A DNA stretch of 64,000 nt from Acutalibacteraceae bacterium (GTDB lineage: Bacteria > Bacillota > Clostridia > Oscillospirales > Acutalibacteraceae), in NCBI GenBank assembly GCA_045633685.1, contig JAZQYU010000057.1:16978-80977 (forward strand), read 5' to 3'. Below, piece by piece: positions 17,737 to 27,756 of this stretch (positions are counted from its first letter, which is position 1; each line of letters starts with the position of its first letter). The position numbers and the translations under genes are program-made. The notes under the pieces are model-generated. The model was not told the DNA's origin, ran no database searches, and saw only the letters and a list, made by a program, of their open reading frames with translations.

Positions 17737-18732
17737 TTACCATTTGATGTTGTAAACTGACTTTGTACCGAAGGGAAGAATGATACCCATCTTATCAAAG
17801 TTGATTGTCCATTTGAGGTCATACTCTGCTGTGAGAACGTGACCTGTTGCAGCGTCAACAGTGATTGTTGCTGTTGATGAAGGATAATTCATTGAAGCTG
17901 TACCAACCATGCTCTTAGCAACGCCGGGGATGTTGTCGTTAACAACGCCGGGAAGAATAACATTGAATGCCTTGGGAGCGTGGCCTTCGCCGTGCTTAAC
18001 GCTGTCTGACTTGGCGTCAGCAACTGTTGTTACCTTAATTGTGTAAACGCCGTTTGCTTCTGTGCATGTAGCGTTTGTTACATCGTTAACTGTGAGCTTA
18101 CTTGCATAAGCTTCGCCTTCAACGGGGAACTTAGCCTTGATGTCTGCGCCTGTGTATGTAGCTGCGCCCTGGCTGTTTGATTTGAGCATACCGTCAAGCC
18201 ATTCGTCACCACCAAGCATTTTGTAGATGCTCTGGATACCGCTTGAAATTGTTGTTTTGCTTGCAAGGTAGTTTGTAACTTCTTTCTGCTCAACTGTTTT
18301 TGCGCCTGTCTTTACGCCGTTAACTGATTTGTTGAAATAATCAACGATTTCAGCCTTTGTTGAGGGAGCTTTTGAGCCTGTTGATGCGCCTGCATCGTTT
18401 GAGGGAGCGTCTGCTGTTGTGTCGTCAGCAGGAGCGTCTGTTGATGTTGAATCGTCAACAACGGGAGCATCTGTTGATGTTGAATCGTCAACAACAGGAG
18501 CGTCTGTTGATGTTGAATCATCAACAACGGGAGCGTTTGTGTCAACTGAGCCTGCATTTGAAGCTGCAAGGATTTCAGCAACCTTAACATTGTTTTCTGT
18601 CAATTTTGTTACGCCCTGAGAAAGAGTAACCATCAAAATTGCTACGCAAACGATAGCAGCAACGCATTTGATGATTGTGCCTTTGATGTCTGATTTGTTT
18701 TCAGTTGTTTCAACTACTTTGTTTTCATCCAT
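17737..18732 (-). CDS. Membrane-anchored extracytoplasmic protein with an acidic tandem-repeat linker
   Basis: The start is taken at ATG 18732 (AGGAGG RBS). It has a TM helix (IIKCVAAIVCVAILMVTL), then 3.3 copies of DAPVVDDSTST, then a C-terminal domain of about 210 aa with no motif I recognise. Confidence 0.6.
   Translation of the reverse strand: MDENKVVETTENKSDIKGTIIKCVAAIVCVAILMVTLSQGVTKLTENNVKVAEILAASNAGSVDTNAPVVDDSTSTDAPVVDDSTSTDAPVVDDSTSTDAPADDTTADAPSNDAGASTGSKAPSTKAEIVDYFNKSVNGVKTGAKTVEQKEVTNYLASKTTISSGIQSIYKMLGGDEWLDGMLKSNSQGAATYTGADIKAKFPVEGEAYASKLTVNDVTNATCTEANGVYTIKVTTVADAKSDSVKHGEGHAPKAFNVILPGVVNDNIPGVAKSMVGTASMNYPSSTATITVDAATGHVLTAEYDLKWTINFDKMGIILPFGTKSVYNIKW
18431..18540 (-). 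repeat. 33-bp in-frame tandem repeat (about 3.3 copies)
   Basis: The units ggagcgtctgttgatgttgaatcgtcaacaacg (18431-18463, 18464-18496, 18497-18529) differ by 1-2 nt each. They encode DAPVVDDSTST. Confidence 0.85.
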
Positions 18733-18912
18733 GGTAAATACCTCCTGAATAATTGCATTAGTGAGTTCATTATAAAACATATTTCACATTTTTGCAACAT
18801 ATTTTTCAAAGTGTTATTAAATTTATATGATAATTTAAAAAGAGTTATTGATTTTTGCGCCAAAAAGTCGTATATTTATAATGTATTGTTATATATTTGG
18901 AGTGTTAAAATT

Positions 18913-19578
18913 TTGAAAAAGTTGAATTCCATTCCCGTCATACCCAAATCACATCAGATTACCTGGTGGGTTTGCCGCGCCGCCCTTTTCATCTGGGGCA
19001 CGGTGCTGTTTTTCCAGGGATATACGGTTGAATTTTTACAGGCGATTTTCGCAATAATTTTTACCCACTTGTGGGACTTGTTTCAGCTTCTCGGCGGAAA
19101 AAGCTTCATCACTAAGGTACCCTACAATATTTTCACAGGGCTTAATTTCTTCATAGCTTTCGGTTGCGTGGTTGGCACAACAGTCAACAAATTCACCGAT
19201 TTTGCTTACATCGACGTGCCAGAGCATTTTTTTGCAGGCTACATTGCCGCCGTGGGCGGATATGAGCTTGCAGTGATTATCCAATCAAAGCAGCCCACCG
19301 ACAAGCGTATCAGCCCCGCCCTGGCTTCACTTTTTGCGCTGGCATTTTCGGTCACAATTTCTGTTGGCTGGGAGTTTTATGAATTTACAATGGACCGTCT
19401 TTACGGCCTTAACCTTCAGCGAACAATTTTTAACAGCGAAGAGGGTCTTGTGGACACAATGGTTGATCTGATTCTTTGCGCAGGCGGTGCATTGCTTGGT
19501 ATGTTTTATTCAGCATTCAGCCATCATAACAAAGAAAAAAAGGCTCTTAACAAGCCTGAACATAAACGCAAGAAATAA
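18913..19578 (+). CDS. Polytopic membrane protein (YjdF/DUF2238-like, weak call)
   Basis: It has several hydrophobic helices and a WEFYEF motif. I prefer the TTG start at 18913 (GGAG about 10 nt upstream) over the track start at 18811, which would add a non-hydrophobic leader abutting the divergent gene. Confidence 0.5.
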   Translation: MKKLNSIPVIPKSHQITWWVCRAALFIWGTVLFFQGYTVEFLQAIFAIIFTHLWDLFQLLGGKSFITKVPYNIFTGLNFFIAFGCVVGTTVNKFTDFAYIDVPEHFFAGYIAAVGGYELAVIIQSKQPTDKRISPALASLFALAFSVTISVGWEFYEFTMDRLYGLNLQRTIFNSEEGLVDTMVDLILCAGGALLGMFYSAFSHHNKEKKALNKPEHKRKK

Positions 19579-19592
19579 GAGGAGGATTTTTT

Positions 19593-21317
19593 ATGAACAA
19601 CATCAACGAGCTTTACAATTTGTGGCTTGAAAAATCACAGACTGTGCCCGAGGTTTATAACGAGCTTAAATCAATAGAAGGTAAGGATGACGAAATTCTT
19701 GACCGTTTTTACAGAAACCTTGAATTCGGCACAGGTGGTCTTCGCGGAGTTCTCGGCGCAGGCACCAACAGAATGAATGTTTTCACCGTTAATCAGGCAA
19801 CACAGGGTCTTGCCGATTATCTTAATGAGGCTTTTGAAAACCCCACAATCGCAATCGCTCACGATTCAAGAATCAACTCTGACGTTTTTGCAAAAAGCGC
19901 AGCAGAGGTGCTTGCAGGCAACGGCATCAAGGTCTGGTTTTACCCTGAGCTTGTTCCCACACCCATGCTTTCATTTGCCGTTCGCAGACTGAACTGTTCT
20001 TCAGGCATTGTTATCACAGCCAGCCACAACCCCGCACAGTATAACGGCTACAAATGCTACGACGCTCTGGGTTATCAGATGACTGACGAGGGCGCCGCAA
20101 AGACATACGAATATATGCAGAAGGTTGATATGTTCTCAGGTGTTAAAACCCTCAACTTTGACGAAGCCGTTGAAAAGGGTATGATTGAATATATCGGCGA
20201 AGAGGTTTATGAAGACTTCTACAAAGCAGTTCTTGATGAATGCATCAATCCCGACATCACCAAAAGCAGCGACCTCAAAATCATCTATGCCCCCCTTCAC
20301 GGCACAGGCAACAAGCCCGTTCGCGAGGTGCTTAAGAGAATGGGACTCAAGGATGTTAACGTTGTTAAATCTCAGGAATTGCCCAACGGCAACTTCCCCA
20401 CCTGCCCCTATCCCAACCCCGAAATCCGTCAGGCATTTGAAGAAGCAATCAAAGTGGCCAACGAAATCGGCGGCGACTTGCTTCTTGCAACTGACCCCGA
20501 CTGTGACCGCGTAGGCATTGCTGTTAATGACGGCGGCGAATACAAGCTTATGACAGGCAACGAGGTTGGCGTTCTTCTTGCAAAATATCTTCTTTCCTGC
20601 AAAAAAGAGCAGGGCACCCTTCCCGAAAACCCAGCGATTATCAAAACAATTGTTACAACAAATCTTATTACAGCAGTTGCCAAAGAATATAACTGTGAAA
20701 TTTACGATTTGCTCACAGGCTTCAAATATATCGGTGAATTGGTTACCGAGCTTGAATCAAAGGGTGAGGTTGACAGATACATCCTCGGCATGGAAGAAAG
20801 CTACGGCTACCTCACAGGTATCCACGCCCGCGATAAGGACGCTGTTAACGGCGCATCTCTCATCTGCGAAATGGCAGCCTACTACAAGGCAAAAGAGGGC
20901 AAAAACCTCTATCAGGTTATGGAAGACATTTATGCCGAACACGGTATGTATATGAACACACTCCTCAACTTTGCATTTGCAGGCGCAGAGGGTATGGACA
21001 AAATGAAAAAAATTATGGCAACCCTCCGCGAAAATCCCCCCAAGGAAATTGCCGGTATGAAGGTTGAAAAGGTGTATGACTACCTCACAAGCGAGGCAAC
21101 CTCACTTGTTGACGGCAGCGTTGAAAAGCTTACACTTCCCAAGTCAAATGTGCTTTCTTACGCTCTTCCCGGCGGCAACGGTGCAGTTATCCGCCCCTCC
21201 GGCACAGAGCCCAAAATCAAGATTTATGTTACCGCCGTTGGCAAGGACAGAGCCGCTTCTGAAACCCTCACCGAAAAAATCAGCGCAGATATGAAAGGCT
21301 TTGTCGGTGTGGAATAA
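19593..21317 (+). CDS. Phosphoglucomutase / phosphomannomutase family protein
   Basis: The active-site loop is VITASHNPAQYNGYK and the metal loop is LATDPDCDR. The length is 574 aa. Confidence 0.9.
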   Translation: MNNINELYNLWLEKSQTVPEVYNELKSIEGKDDEILDRFYRNLEFGTGGLRGVLGAGTNRMNVFTVNQATQGLADYLNEAFENPTIAIAHDSRINSDVFAKSAAEVLAGNGIKVWFYPELVPTPMLSFAVRRLNCSSGIVITASHNPAQYNGYKCYDALGYQMTDEGAAKTYEYMQKVDMFSGVKTLNFDEAVEKGMIEYIGEEVYEDFYKAVLDECINPDITKSSDLKIIYAPLHGTGNKPVREVLKRMGLKDVNVVKSQELPNGNFPTCPYPNPEIRQAFEEAIKVANEIGGDLLLATDPDCDRVGIAVNDGGEYKLMTGNEVGVLLAKYLLSCKKEQGTLPENPAIIKTIVTTNLITAVAKEYNCEIYDLLTGFKYIGELVTELESKGEVDRYILGMEESYGYLTGIHARDKDAVNGASLICEMAAYYKAKEGKNLYQVMEDIYAEHGMYMNTLLNFAFAGAEGMDKMKKIMATLRENPPKEIAGMKVEKVYDYLTSEATSLVDGSVEKLTLPKSNVLSYALPGGNGAVIRPSGTEPKIKIYVTAVGKDRAASETLTEKISADMKGFVGVE

Positions 21318-21409
21318 TGAACAATAATTTTGTGCGCATTGTTGCCCTCGCACTTGCGGGAATTATGGTTCTCGGCATTTTCGTCGGTGTATTTAATATT
21401 TTAGGATAA
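21317..21409 (+). CDS. Possible 30-aa single-TM micropeptide
   Basis: ATG overlaps the phosphoglucomutase stop codon (TAATG). The product is MNNNFVRIVALALAGIMVLGIFVGVFNILG, and the terminator follows. It is too short for the ORF track. Confidence 0.3.
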   Translation: MNNNFVRIVALALAGIMVLGIFVGVFNILG

Positions 21410-21416
21410 CAAAGCA

Positions 21417-21451
21417 GCCCGTTGAACTCAAGGTTCAGCGGGCGCTTTTTT
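21417..21451 (+). terminator. Rho-independent terminator
   Basis: GCCCGTTGAAC tcaag GTTCAGCGGGC is followed by GCTTTTTT. Confidence 0.65.
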
Positions 21452-21513
21452 GCATTGCTTACTTTGACATATTTTGCTTTTTGATTTATAATATCCGGGT
21501 CAGGAGTGATGTT

Positions 21514-23190
21514 ATGAGCAAATATACTATTGGTGTTGACTTCGGCACTGCCTCAGGCAGAGCCGCTGTTGTTGACGTTAAAACAGGCATTGAGCTTGCC
21601 GACAGCATTTTTGAATATCCTCACGGTGTTATGGATTCTCATTTGCCCGACGGCAATCCCCTGGGTCTCGACTGGGCACTTCAGCATCCGCAAGATTATA
21701 TTGATGTGCTTTGTCACACTATTCCCGATGTTATGAATTCAAGCGGTGTTTCTCCCGATGATGTTATCGGCATCGGCATTGACTTCACCGCCTGCACAAT
21801 TCTTCCGGTTAAAAAAGACGGTACTCCCCTTTGCACTCTGCCCGAATTTAAGAGTGAGCCCAACGCTTACGTCAAGCTGTGGAAGCATCACGCGGCGCAG
21901 GACAAGGCTAACATCATAAATGAAAAAGCCGACAAAACAGGTCAGCAATGGATAAAGCGCTACGGTGGCAAGGTGTCCGGCGAGTGGCAGTTGCCCAAGG
22001 TGTGGCAGACTCTTGACGAGGCTCCGCAAATTTATGACGAAGCCGATTACTTTGTTGAAGCGGCAGACTGGGTAACGTGGCAGCTTTGCGGTGTGCTCAC
22101 CAAAAACACCTGTTGTGCAGGGTATAAGGGTCTGTGGCATCACAAGGACGGCTACCCATCAAAGGAATTTTTAAAAGCCCTTGACCCCCGCCTTGAAAAT
22201 TTTGTTGAAGATAAATTAAACTATCCCATTGCTCAGCTTTGCAGCAGAGTGGGCGGATTAACAAAAACAATGGCACTCAAGCTCGGTCTTAACGAAGGCA
22301 CAACGGTGACAGCTCCCATTATTGATGCTCATGCTGCATTCCCTGCAGTTAAAATCACAAAGCCCGATACTCTCCTTGCCATTATGGGTACCTCTACCTG
22401 CCACATTGTGGTGTCAGAAGAAGAGCATCTTGTGCCCGGCATCAGCGGAGTTGTTGCAGGCGGTGTTTACCCCGGTCTTTATGCTTATGAAGCAGGTCAG
22501 GCGTGCGTTGGCGACCATTTTTCATGGTTTGTTGAAAACTGCGTTCCTCCGTCATATTTTGAAGAAGCAAAGGCGCAAAACATCAATATCCATCAGCTTC
22601 TCCGCCGGAAGGCAGAAAAACAAAAGCCCGGTCAGAGCGGTCTTGTTGCCCTTGATTGGTGGAACGGCAACCGAAGCACTCTTGTTGACGGTGACCTTAC
22701 GGGTATGGTGCTTGGTATGACGCTTCGCACCAAGCCGGAGGATATATACCGCGCGCTGATTGAAGCAACGGCATACGGCACACGCAAAATAGTGGAAACC
22801 TACATTTCAAACGGAGTTAAGATTAACGAAATTATTGCTTCCGGCGGCATCAGTCAGAAGGACCCGATGACAATGCAGATTTATGCCGACGTGTTGAATC
22901 TGCCCATTAAAATTGCAGGCACAACCCAATGCGGAGCTTTGGGCAGCTCAATTTATGCCGCAGTTGCCGCAGGGGAAGAAAACGGCGGCTATGCCGACAT
23001 CTTCACCGCCGCAAAAGCTATGGGCAAGCTGAAAGATTCCGTATATACCCCGAAAAAAGATAATGTTGCTCTTTACAATTTGCTTTATATGGAGTATAAT
23101 GTGTTGTATGACTATTTTGGCACAGGTGCCAACGACGTTATGAAACGACTTAAAGCCCTCAAAAAGAGTATCAATGAGTTGGAAGGTTGA
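21514..23190 (+). CDS. araB: L-ribulokinase
   Basis: The start is taken at MSKYTIGVDFGTASGRA (AGGAG RBS). It is FGGY-family, with an araB-like length (558 aa) and the C-terminus GGISQKDPMTMQIYADVLN. Confidence 0.88.
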   Translation: MSKYTIGVDFGTASGRAAVVDVKTGIELADSIFEYPHGVMDSHLPDGNPLGLDWALQHPQDYIDVLCHTIPDVMNSSGVSPDDVIGIGIDFTACTILPVKKDGTPLCTLPEFKSEPNAYVKLWKHHAAQDKANIINEKADKTGQQWIKRYGGKVSGEWQLPKVWQTLDEAPQIYDEADYFVEAADWVTWQLCGVLTKNTCCAGYKGLWHHKDGYPSKEFLKALDPRLENFVEDKLNYPIAQLCSRVGGLTKTMALKLGLNEGTTVTAPIIDAHAAFPAVKITKPDTLLAIMGTSTCHIVVSEEEHLVPGISGVVAGGVYPGLYAYEAGQACVGDHFSWFVENCVPPSYFEEAKAQNINIHQLLRRKAEKQKPGQSGLVALDWWNGNRSTLVDGDLTGMVLGMTLRTKPEDIYRALIEATAYGTRKIVETYISNGVKINEIIASGGISQKDPMTMQIYADVLNLPIKIAGTTQCGALGSSIYAAVAAGEENGGYADIFTAAKAMGKLKDSVYTPKKDNVALYNLLYMEYNVLYDYFGTGANDVMKRLKALKKSINELEG

Positions 23191-23194
23191 AAAA

Positions 23195-23611
23195 ATGGAA
23201 CAGCAGCAGAACACCAAAAAATTAAAAACCCTTAGAATCATCGCTTTTGTTCAGAGTGCGTTGATTTTTGCGGCAGTGTTATTCATTCTTTTTTCAGGAT
23301 TGCTCAACAACAAAACTGAGTATTTTCTTGCAAAAAGTCAGTCTGACAACGGTGAATATGTAATTGAGCTTTATGAAGTGGGAAGCCCCACAATTTTTAA
23401 ATCCAACACCGTTAAGGCATATTACAGCGACGCTCATCACCGCCAGGGCACAGCAGTTTTTTCTGTTGAGGTTGACAACGGTGAAGAAGCGCTTACCAAA
23501 AACAATTTCAGCCTTGAATGGGACGGTGACACCGCTATCCTCTACCTTGAGGGCAGTGAGCACACCAGAACAAAGCACGAAATCAACTTTGATACAGCTA
23601 CAAAAGAATAA
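23195..23611 (+). CDS. Hypothetical membrane-anchored protein
   Basis: MEQQQNTKKLKTLRIIAFVQSALIFAAVLFILF gives one TM helix, followed by a domain of about 100 aa with no motif I recognise. Confidence 0.5.
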   Translation: MEQQQNTKKLKTLRIIAFVQSALIFAAVLFILFSGLLNNKTEYFLAKSQSDNGEYVIELYEVGSPTIFKSNTVKAYYSDAHHRQGTAVFSVEVDNGEEALTKNNFSLEWDGDTAILYLEGSEHTRTKHEINFDTATKE

Positions 23612-23615
23612 AATT

Positions 23616-23647
23616 AACGGGAAGATCAATTCTTCCCGTTTTTGTTT
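23616..23647 (+). terminator. Rho-independent terminator
   Basis: AACGGGAAGA tcaat TCTTCCCGTT is followed by TTTGTTT. Confidence 0.6.
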
Positions 23648-23682
23648 GACAAAATGGCTTGTGAGTTTTGCTCACAAGCCAT
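23645..23682 (-). terminator. Rho-independent terminator after aspS
   Basis: ATGGCTTGTGAG..CTCACAAGCCAT is followed by TTTTGTC on the minus strand. Confidence 0.55.
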
Positions 23683-23686
23683 AATT

Positions 23687-25474
23687 TTATTCTTCTGTTT
23701 TGTTAAGGGCAATTCCCAATTCTTCAAGCTGAGCGCCGTCAACAACAGAGGGGCACTCTGTCATAGGCTCGCTTGCGTTCTGCACCTTGGGGAATGCGAT
23801 AACATCGCGAAGGCTCTCACAGCCGAGCATCTGCATAATCAGACGATCAAGGCCGATGCCCATACCGCCGTGGGGCGGTGCGCCGTATTTGAATGCATCG
23901 GTGAGGAAGCCAAACTTTGCATAAGCCTCTTCATCAGAAAGACCGAGGAGAGCAAACATTCTCTTCTGAAGGTCGGGGTTTGTGATTCTGATTGAGCCTG
24001 AGCAAAGCTCAACACCGTTGAGAACAAGATCGTATGCCTTTGCCTTAACGTTTGCCTTATCGCTTTCAAGGGTGTCGATGTATTCATCCATAGGCGAAGT
24101 GAAGGGATGATGCATTGCAACAAACTGCTGAGTATCCTCGTCCCAATCGAAGAAGGGGAACTCTGTTACCCAGAGGAAGTTATATTTATCCTTAGGAATG
24201 ATATCAAGACGCTTTGCAACCTCACCGCGGAGGGCACCGAGAACAGAAAGAACTGTTGAGTTCTTTGTGTCACCGATGATAAGCACAACGTCACCGGGCT
24301 GAGCATCTGCTTTTTTGAGCACTGCATTCATTTCGTCCTCTGTGAGAAACTTTGCAAATGAAGATGCCATTGTGCCGTCTTCATTGTATCTTACCCATGC
24401 AAGACCCTTTGCACCGATACCTCTTACCATTTCGGTAAGCTTGTCAATTTCTTTTCTTGTGAGTGTTTTAACAGCGTTTTTGGCTGTGATACCTCTTACG
24501 CTGCCGCCGCCTTCAACTGCACTTGTGAACACGCCGAAGCCGCAATTTCTGATGGTTTCGCTCAAATCGTAAAGCTCCATACCGTAACGGGTGTCGGGCT
24601 TGTCTGAACCGTAACGGTTCATAGCATCCTCATAAGTAAGTCTGGGCAGAGGCAGAGGAATATCAACACCGAGTGCTTCCTTGAACACGCGCTGAACATA
24701 GCCTTCACCGATTGCAAGCACATCTTCCATATCAACAAAAGACATTTCAAGGTCAATCTGTGTGAATTCGGGCTGACGGTCTGCACGCAAATCTTCATCG
24801 CGGAAGCAACGGGCAATCTGCATATATCTGTCAAAGCCTGCAACCATAGAAAGCTGCTTATAAAGCTGAGGTGACTGAGGAAGAGCGTAGAAAGTGCCCT
24901 GATGAATTCTGCTGGGTACAAGGAAGTCACGCGCACCCTCGGGAGTGGATTTGATGAGCATAGGAGTTTCGATTTCGATAAATCCGTTTTCATCAAAATA
25001 GTCACGGGTAACCTTTGTGATTTTGTGGCGAAGAATGATGTTCTTCTGCAAATCAGGTCTTCTCAGGTCAAGATAGCGGTACTTGAGTCTTGTCAATTCC
25101 GCCGTCTGGCAGTTTTCAATAATTTCAAAGGGAGGTGTTTCACTCTTGCCGAGAACGCGAAGCTCCTTAACGGCAATTTCGATTTCACCTGTGGGAATTT
25201 CCATATTCTTGGCAGAACGCTCTCTTACCTCGCCTCTTGCCATAAGCACAAATTCACTTCTTGCGGCAAAAGCCTTGTCAAAAACTTCCTTTGCGCATTC
25301 TTCATCAAAAGCAAGCTGAACAATGCCTGTTCTGTCGCGAAGGTCGATGAAAATAAGAGCGCCAAGGTCACGCTGACGCTGAACCCAGCCTGCAACAACA
25401 ACCTCTTTGCCTGCATCAGTCAAACGAAGGTCACCGCAATAGTCGGTGCGCTTCAAGCCTGTCATAAAATCCAT
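23687..25474 (-). CDS. aspS: Aspartate--tRNA ligase
   Basis: It has an N-terminal OB fold (VVVAGWVQRQRDLGALIFIDLRDRTG) and class II motifs FRDEDLRADRQPEFTQID and GGMGIGLDRL. Confidence 0.95.
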   Translation of the reverse strand: MDFMTGLKRTDYCGDLRLTDAGKEVVVAGWVQRQRDLGALIFIDLRDRTGIVQLAFDEECAKEVFDKAFAARSEFVLMARGEVRERSAKNMEIPTGEIEIAVKELRVLGKSETPPFEIIENCQTAELTRLKYRYLDLRRPDLQKNIILRHKITKVTRDYFDENGFIEIETPMLIKSTPEGARDFLVPSRIHQGTFYALPQSPQLYKQLSMVAGFDRYMQIARCFRDEDLRADRQPEFTQIDLEMSFVDMEDVLAIGEGYVQRVFKEALGVDIPLPLPRLTYEDAMNRYGSDKPDTRYGMELYDLSETIRNCGFGVFTSAVEGGGSVRGITAKNAVKTLTRKEIDKLTEMVRGIGAKGLAWVRYNEDGTMASSFAKFLTEDEMNAVLKKADAQPGDVVLIIGDTKNSTVLSVLGALRGEVAKRLDIIPKDKYNFLWVTEFPFFDWDEDTQQFVAMHHPFTSPMDEYIDTLESDKANVKAKAYDLVLNGVELCSGSIRITNPDLQKRMFALLGLSDEEAYAKFGFLTDAFKYGAPPHGGMGIGLDRLIMQMLGCESLRDVIAFPKVQNASEPMTECPSVVDGAQLEELGIALNKTEE

Positions 25475-26824
25475 TTACATCAAACCTCCAAGAAATGATT
25501 TAAGGTCAATATTATCTCCGTTGGCAACGGCACTTTCAAGGTCCTTGGCGGACTGCTGAAGTGTAAGCTCCATAAATTCTTCCGAAAACTCGTCAAAGCT
25601 CATTTCGGTAACTTCGCCGTCATCCATATTTTTAACATTTACCTTGCCTGCAGCAATGTCATCATCGCCCAGAACAACGGTAAACCTTGCGCCAAGCTTG
25701 TTGGCATATTTCATCTGTGCCTTAACACTTCTGCCCACAATGTCAAACTGTGCGCTTACGCCGCTCTGACGAAGCTCCTGCACAAGACGGGCTGCTTTAA
25801 TGCTTGCATTGTCACCGATAGGTGCAATGTAGAGGTCGCAACGCTTTGCTTCGGGAAGCTTAATGCCCTGAGCTTCAAGCAAAAGCATAAGTCTTTCAAT
25901 GCCCATACCGAAGCCGAGAGAGGGAGTGTGTGCGCCGCCCAGCTCTTCAATAAGGCCGCCATAACGTCCGCCGCCGCAAACAGTGCCCTGAGCACCGATT
26001 GAATCGGAAACAAACTCAAAAACAGTTCTTGTGTAATAGTCAAGACCGCGGACAATCTGAGGATTGATTGAATAGGGAATCAGCATTTCATCAAGATATT
26101 CCTGAACCTTTTTAAAATGGTCACCGCATTCATCGCAAAGATAATCAATAACCACGGGAGCTTCTGCCGCAATTTCGGAGCAGACAGGGCTCTTGCAGTC
26201 AAGAATTCTCATGGGATTTTTGTCAAGTCTTTCAAGGCAGGTGGGGCAAAGCTCACCCTTCTTTGACTCAAAATAGCTCTTCAATGCAGAATGATAATTC
26301 TTTCTGCATTCGGGGCAGCCGATTGAGTTGATTTCAAGGTGAATATCCTCAACACCGAGGAAACCGAAAATTTCATAAGCCAATGAAATAACCTCTGCAT
26401 CTGCGGCAGGTGCGGCTGTGCCAAAGCATTCAACCCCAAACTGGTGGAATTCACGCAATCTGCCTGCCTGAGGCTTTTCATAACGGTAGCAGGATGTAAG
26501 GTAGCAAACCTTCTGGGGCAGAGGCTCGTTATAGAGGCTGTGCTCAAGGAATGCTCTTGCGGCACCTGCTGTGCCCTCGGGGCGCAGAGTGATTGAACGC
26601 TCACCCTTATCGAAGAATGTATACATCTCTTTCTGAACAACGTCGGTGGTGTCACCAACTGAGCGTGTGAAAAGCTCGGTGTGTTCAAAAACAGGTGTTC
26701 TTATTTCTTTGAAGCCGAATTCATCGGCAATTTCAAGCAATGTGTTTTCTAAAAAACGATTGTTATGGCTCTTGGAGGGCAGAACATCCTGTGTACCTCT
26801 GGGAGCCTTAGTGATAAGTGCCAT
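25475..26824 (-). CDS. hisS: Histidine--tRNA ligase
   Basis: APRGTQDVLP, RYEKPQAGRLREFHQFG and GGGRYGGL. The stop codon abuts the aspS start. Confidence 0.95.
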   Translation of the reverse strand: MALITKAPRGTQDVLPSKSHNNRFLENTLLEIADEFGFKEIRTPVFEHTELFTRSVGDTTDVVQKEMYTFFDKGERSITLRPEGTAGAARAFLEHSLYNEPLPQKVCYLTSCYRYEKPQAGRLREFHQFGVECFGTAAPAADAEVISLAYEIFGFLGVEDIHLEINSIGCPECRKNYHSALKSYFESKKGELCPTCLERLDKNPMRILDCKSPVCSEIAAEAPVVIDYLCDECGDHFKKVQEYLDEMLIPYSINPQIVRGLDYYTRTVFEFVSDSIGAQGTVCGGGRYGGLIEELGGAHTPSLGFGMGIERLMLLLEAQGIKLPEAKRCDLYIAPIGDNASIKAARLVQELRQSGVSAQFDIVGRSVKAQMKYANKLGARFTVVLGDDDIAAGKVNVKNMDDGEVTEMSFDEFSEEFMELTLQQSAKDLESAVANGDNIDLKSFLGGLM

Positions 26825-26841
26825 AAATAAATTCTCCCGAA

Positions 26842-27327
26842 TTATTGGGCTCTGTTGTAATAGAGCCTGATTTTTGTTTCTTTTTCGCCAAGGGTAACTG
26901 TGTATTCCTCAAACTTTACAGGCATATTATCACACTGAGTGATAATTTCATCAGCGGATGTAATCCTGAAATTGGTCTTGGTTTCATTTTCGCTGACAAA
27001 CCATTGAGTTTTGGTAACGTCAGAAATGATGTAATAAGAGTCAAGGTAATACTTTGTGCCCTGAGAGTTCAAGAAAAGATAGCTCAGCGCAATTTTCTGA
27101 TCCTTGGTTTTGGTGATGTATATTACGCCGTCGTCAAAAGCAACGTGTCCGATTTCTTCCTCAATGGAATAAGACGCACCTATGCTGTCTTCAAGGCTTT
27201 CACGCATAGTGCCGAAGCCCTCCCCCGCTCTGCCGGCAGGAGCGCCGAAATCTCTTGTGAGAAAGAGCGAGAGAAAAACGACAATGCATACGCCGATTGC
27301 GACAAGCGTTTTGCCGAGAGTGTTCAT
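26842..27327 (-). CDS. Hypothetical membrane-anchored protein
   Basis: It has an N-terminal TM helix (LVAIGVCIVVFLSLFL) and no motif I recognise. It is wedged between mgsA and hisS. Confidence 0.5.
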   Translation of the reverse strand: MNTLGKTLVAIGVCIVVFLSLFLTRDFGAPAGRAGEGFGTMRESLEDSIGASYSIEEEIGHVAFDDGVIYITKTKDQKIALSYLFLNSQGTKYYLDSYYIISDVTKTQWFVSENETKTNFRITSADEIITQCDNMPVKFEEYTVTLGEKETKIRLYYNRAQ

Positions 27328-27345
27328 AAGGAACCCTCCTGATAA

Positions 27346-27753
27346 TTATTTATTCTTGGGGTTAACAATATCGCGCCAGTCAAGGTCACCGCGGTCAAGT
27401 GAGTGAACAAGTGCCTCTGCTGTGGCAATATTGGTGGCAACGGGAACATTGTGAACGTCACAAAGACGAAGAAGACTGTTGATTTTAGGCTCCTGCTCCT
27501 TTGGATTGAGGGGGTCACCGAAAATGAGAAGCATATCAATTTCGTTGCAGGCAACGAGGGCGCCAATCTGCTGGTCTCCACCCTGAACACCGCTCAGAAA
27601 GCATGTGATTTCAAGGCCTGTTGCTTCACTTACAATTTTGCCGGTTGTTCCCGTAGCAAAAATCTTGTGTCTTGAAAGAATGCCGCAGTATGCAATGCAG
27701 AACTGTGTCATAAGCTCTTTTTTAGCGTCGTGTGCAATAATGGCAATGTTCAT
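27346..27753 (-). CDS. mgsA: Methylglyoxal synthase
   Basis: MNIAIIAHDAKKELM..ATGTTG..GGDQQIG.. Confidence 0.9.
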   Translation of the reverse strand: MNIAIIAHDAKKELMTQFCIAYCGILSRHKIFATGTTGKIVSEATGLEITCFLSGVQGGDQQIGALVACNEIDMLLIFGDPLNPKEQEPKINSLLRLCDVHNVPVATNIATAEALVHSLDRGDLDWRDIVNPKNK

Positions 27754-27756
27754 TTA

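Noticed and set aside
18431-18540. Tandem repeat considered as a mini-CRISPR
   Set aside because: The units are contiguous with no spacers. They are in frame within a CDS and encode a repeated peptide.
24902-25498. 198-aa plus-strand ORF
   Set aside because: It is a shadow ORF antisense to aspS.
26825-26841. T-box leaders upstream of hisS/aspS (and upstream of argS at 55256-55259)
   Set aside because: The gaps to the preceding genes are only 17 nt and 4 nt, which leaves no room for a leader of about 200 nt.
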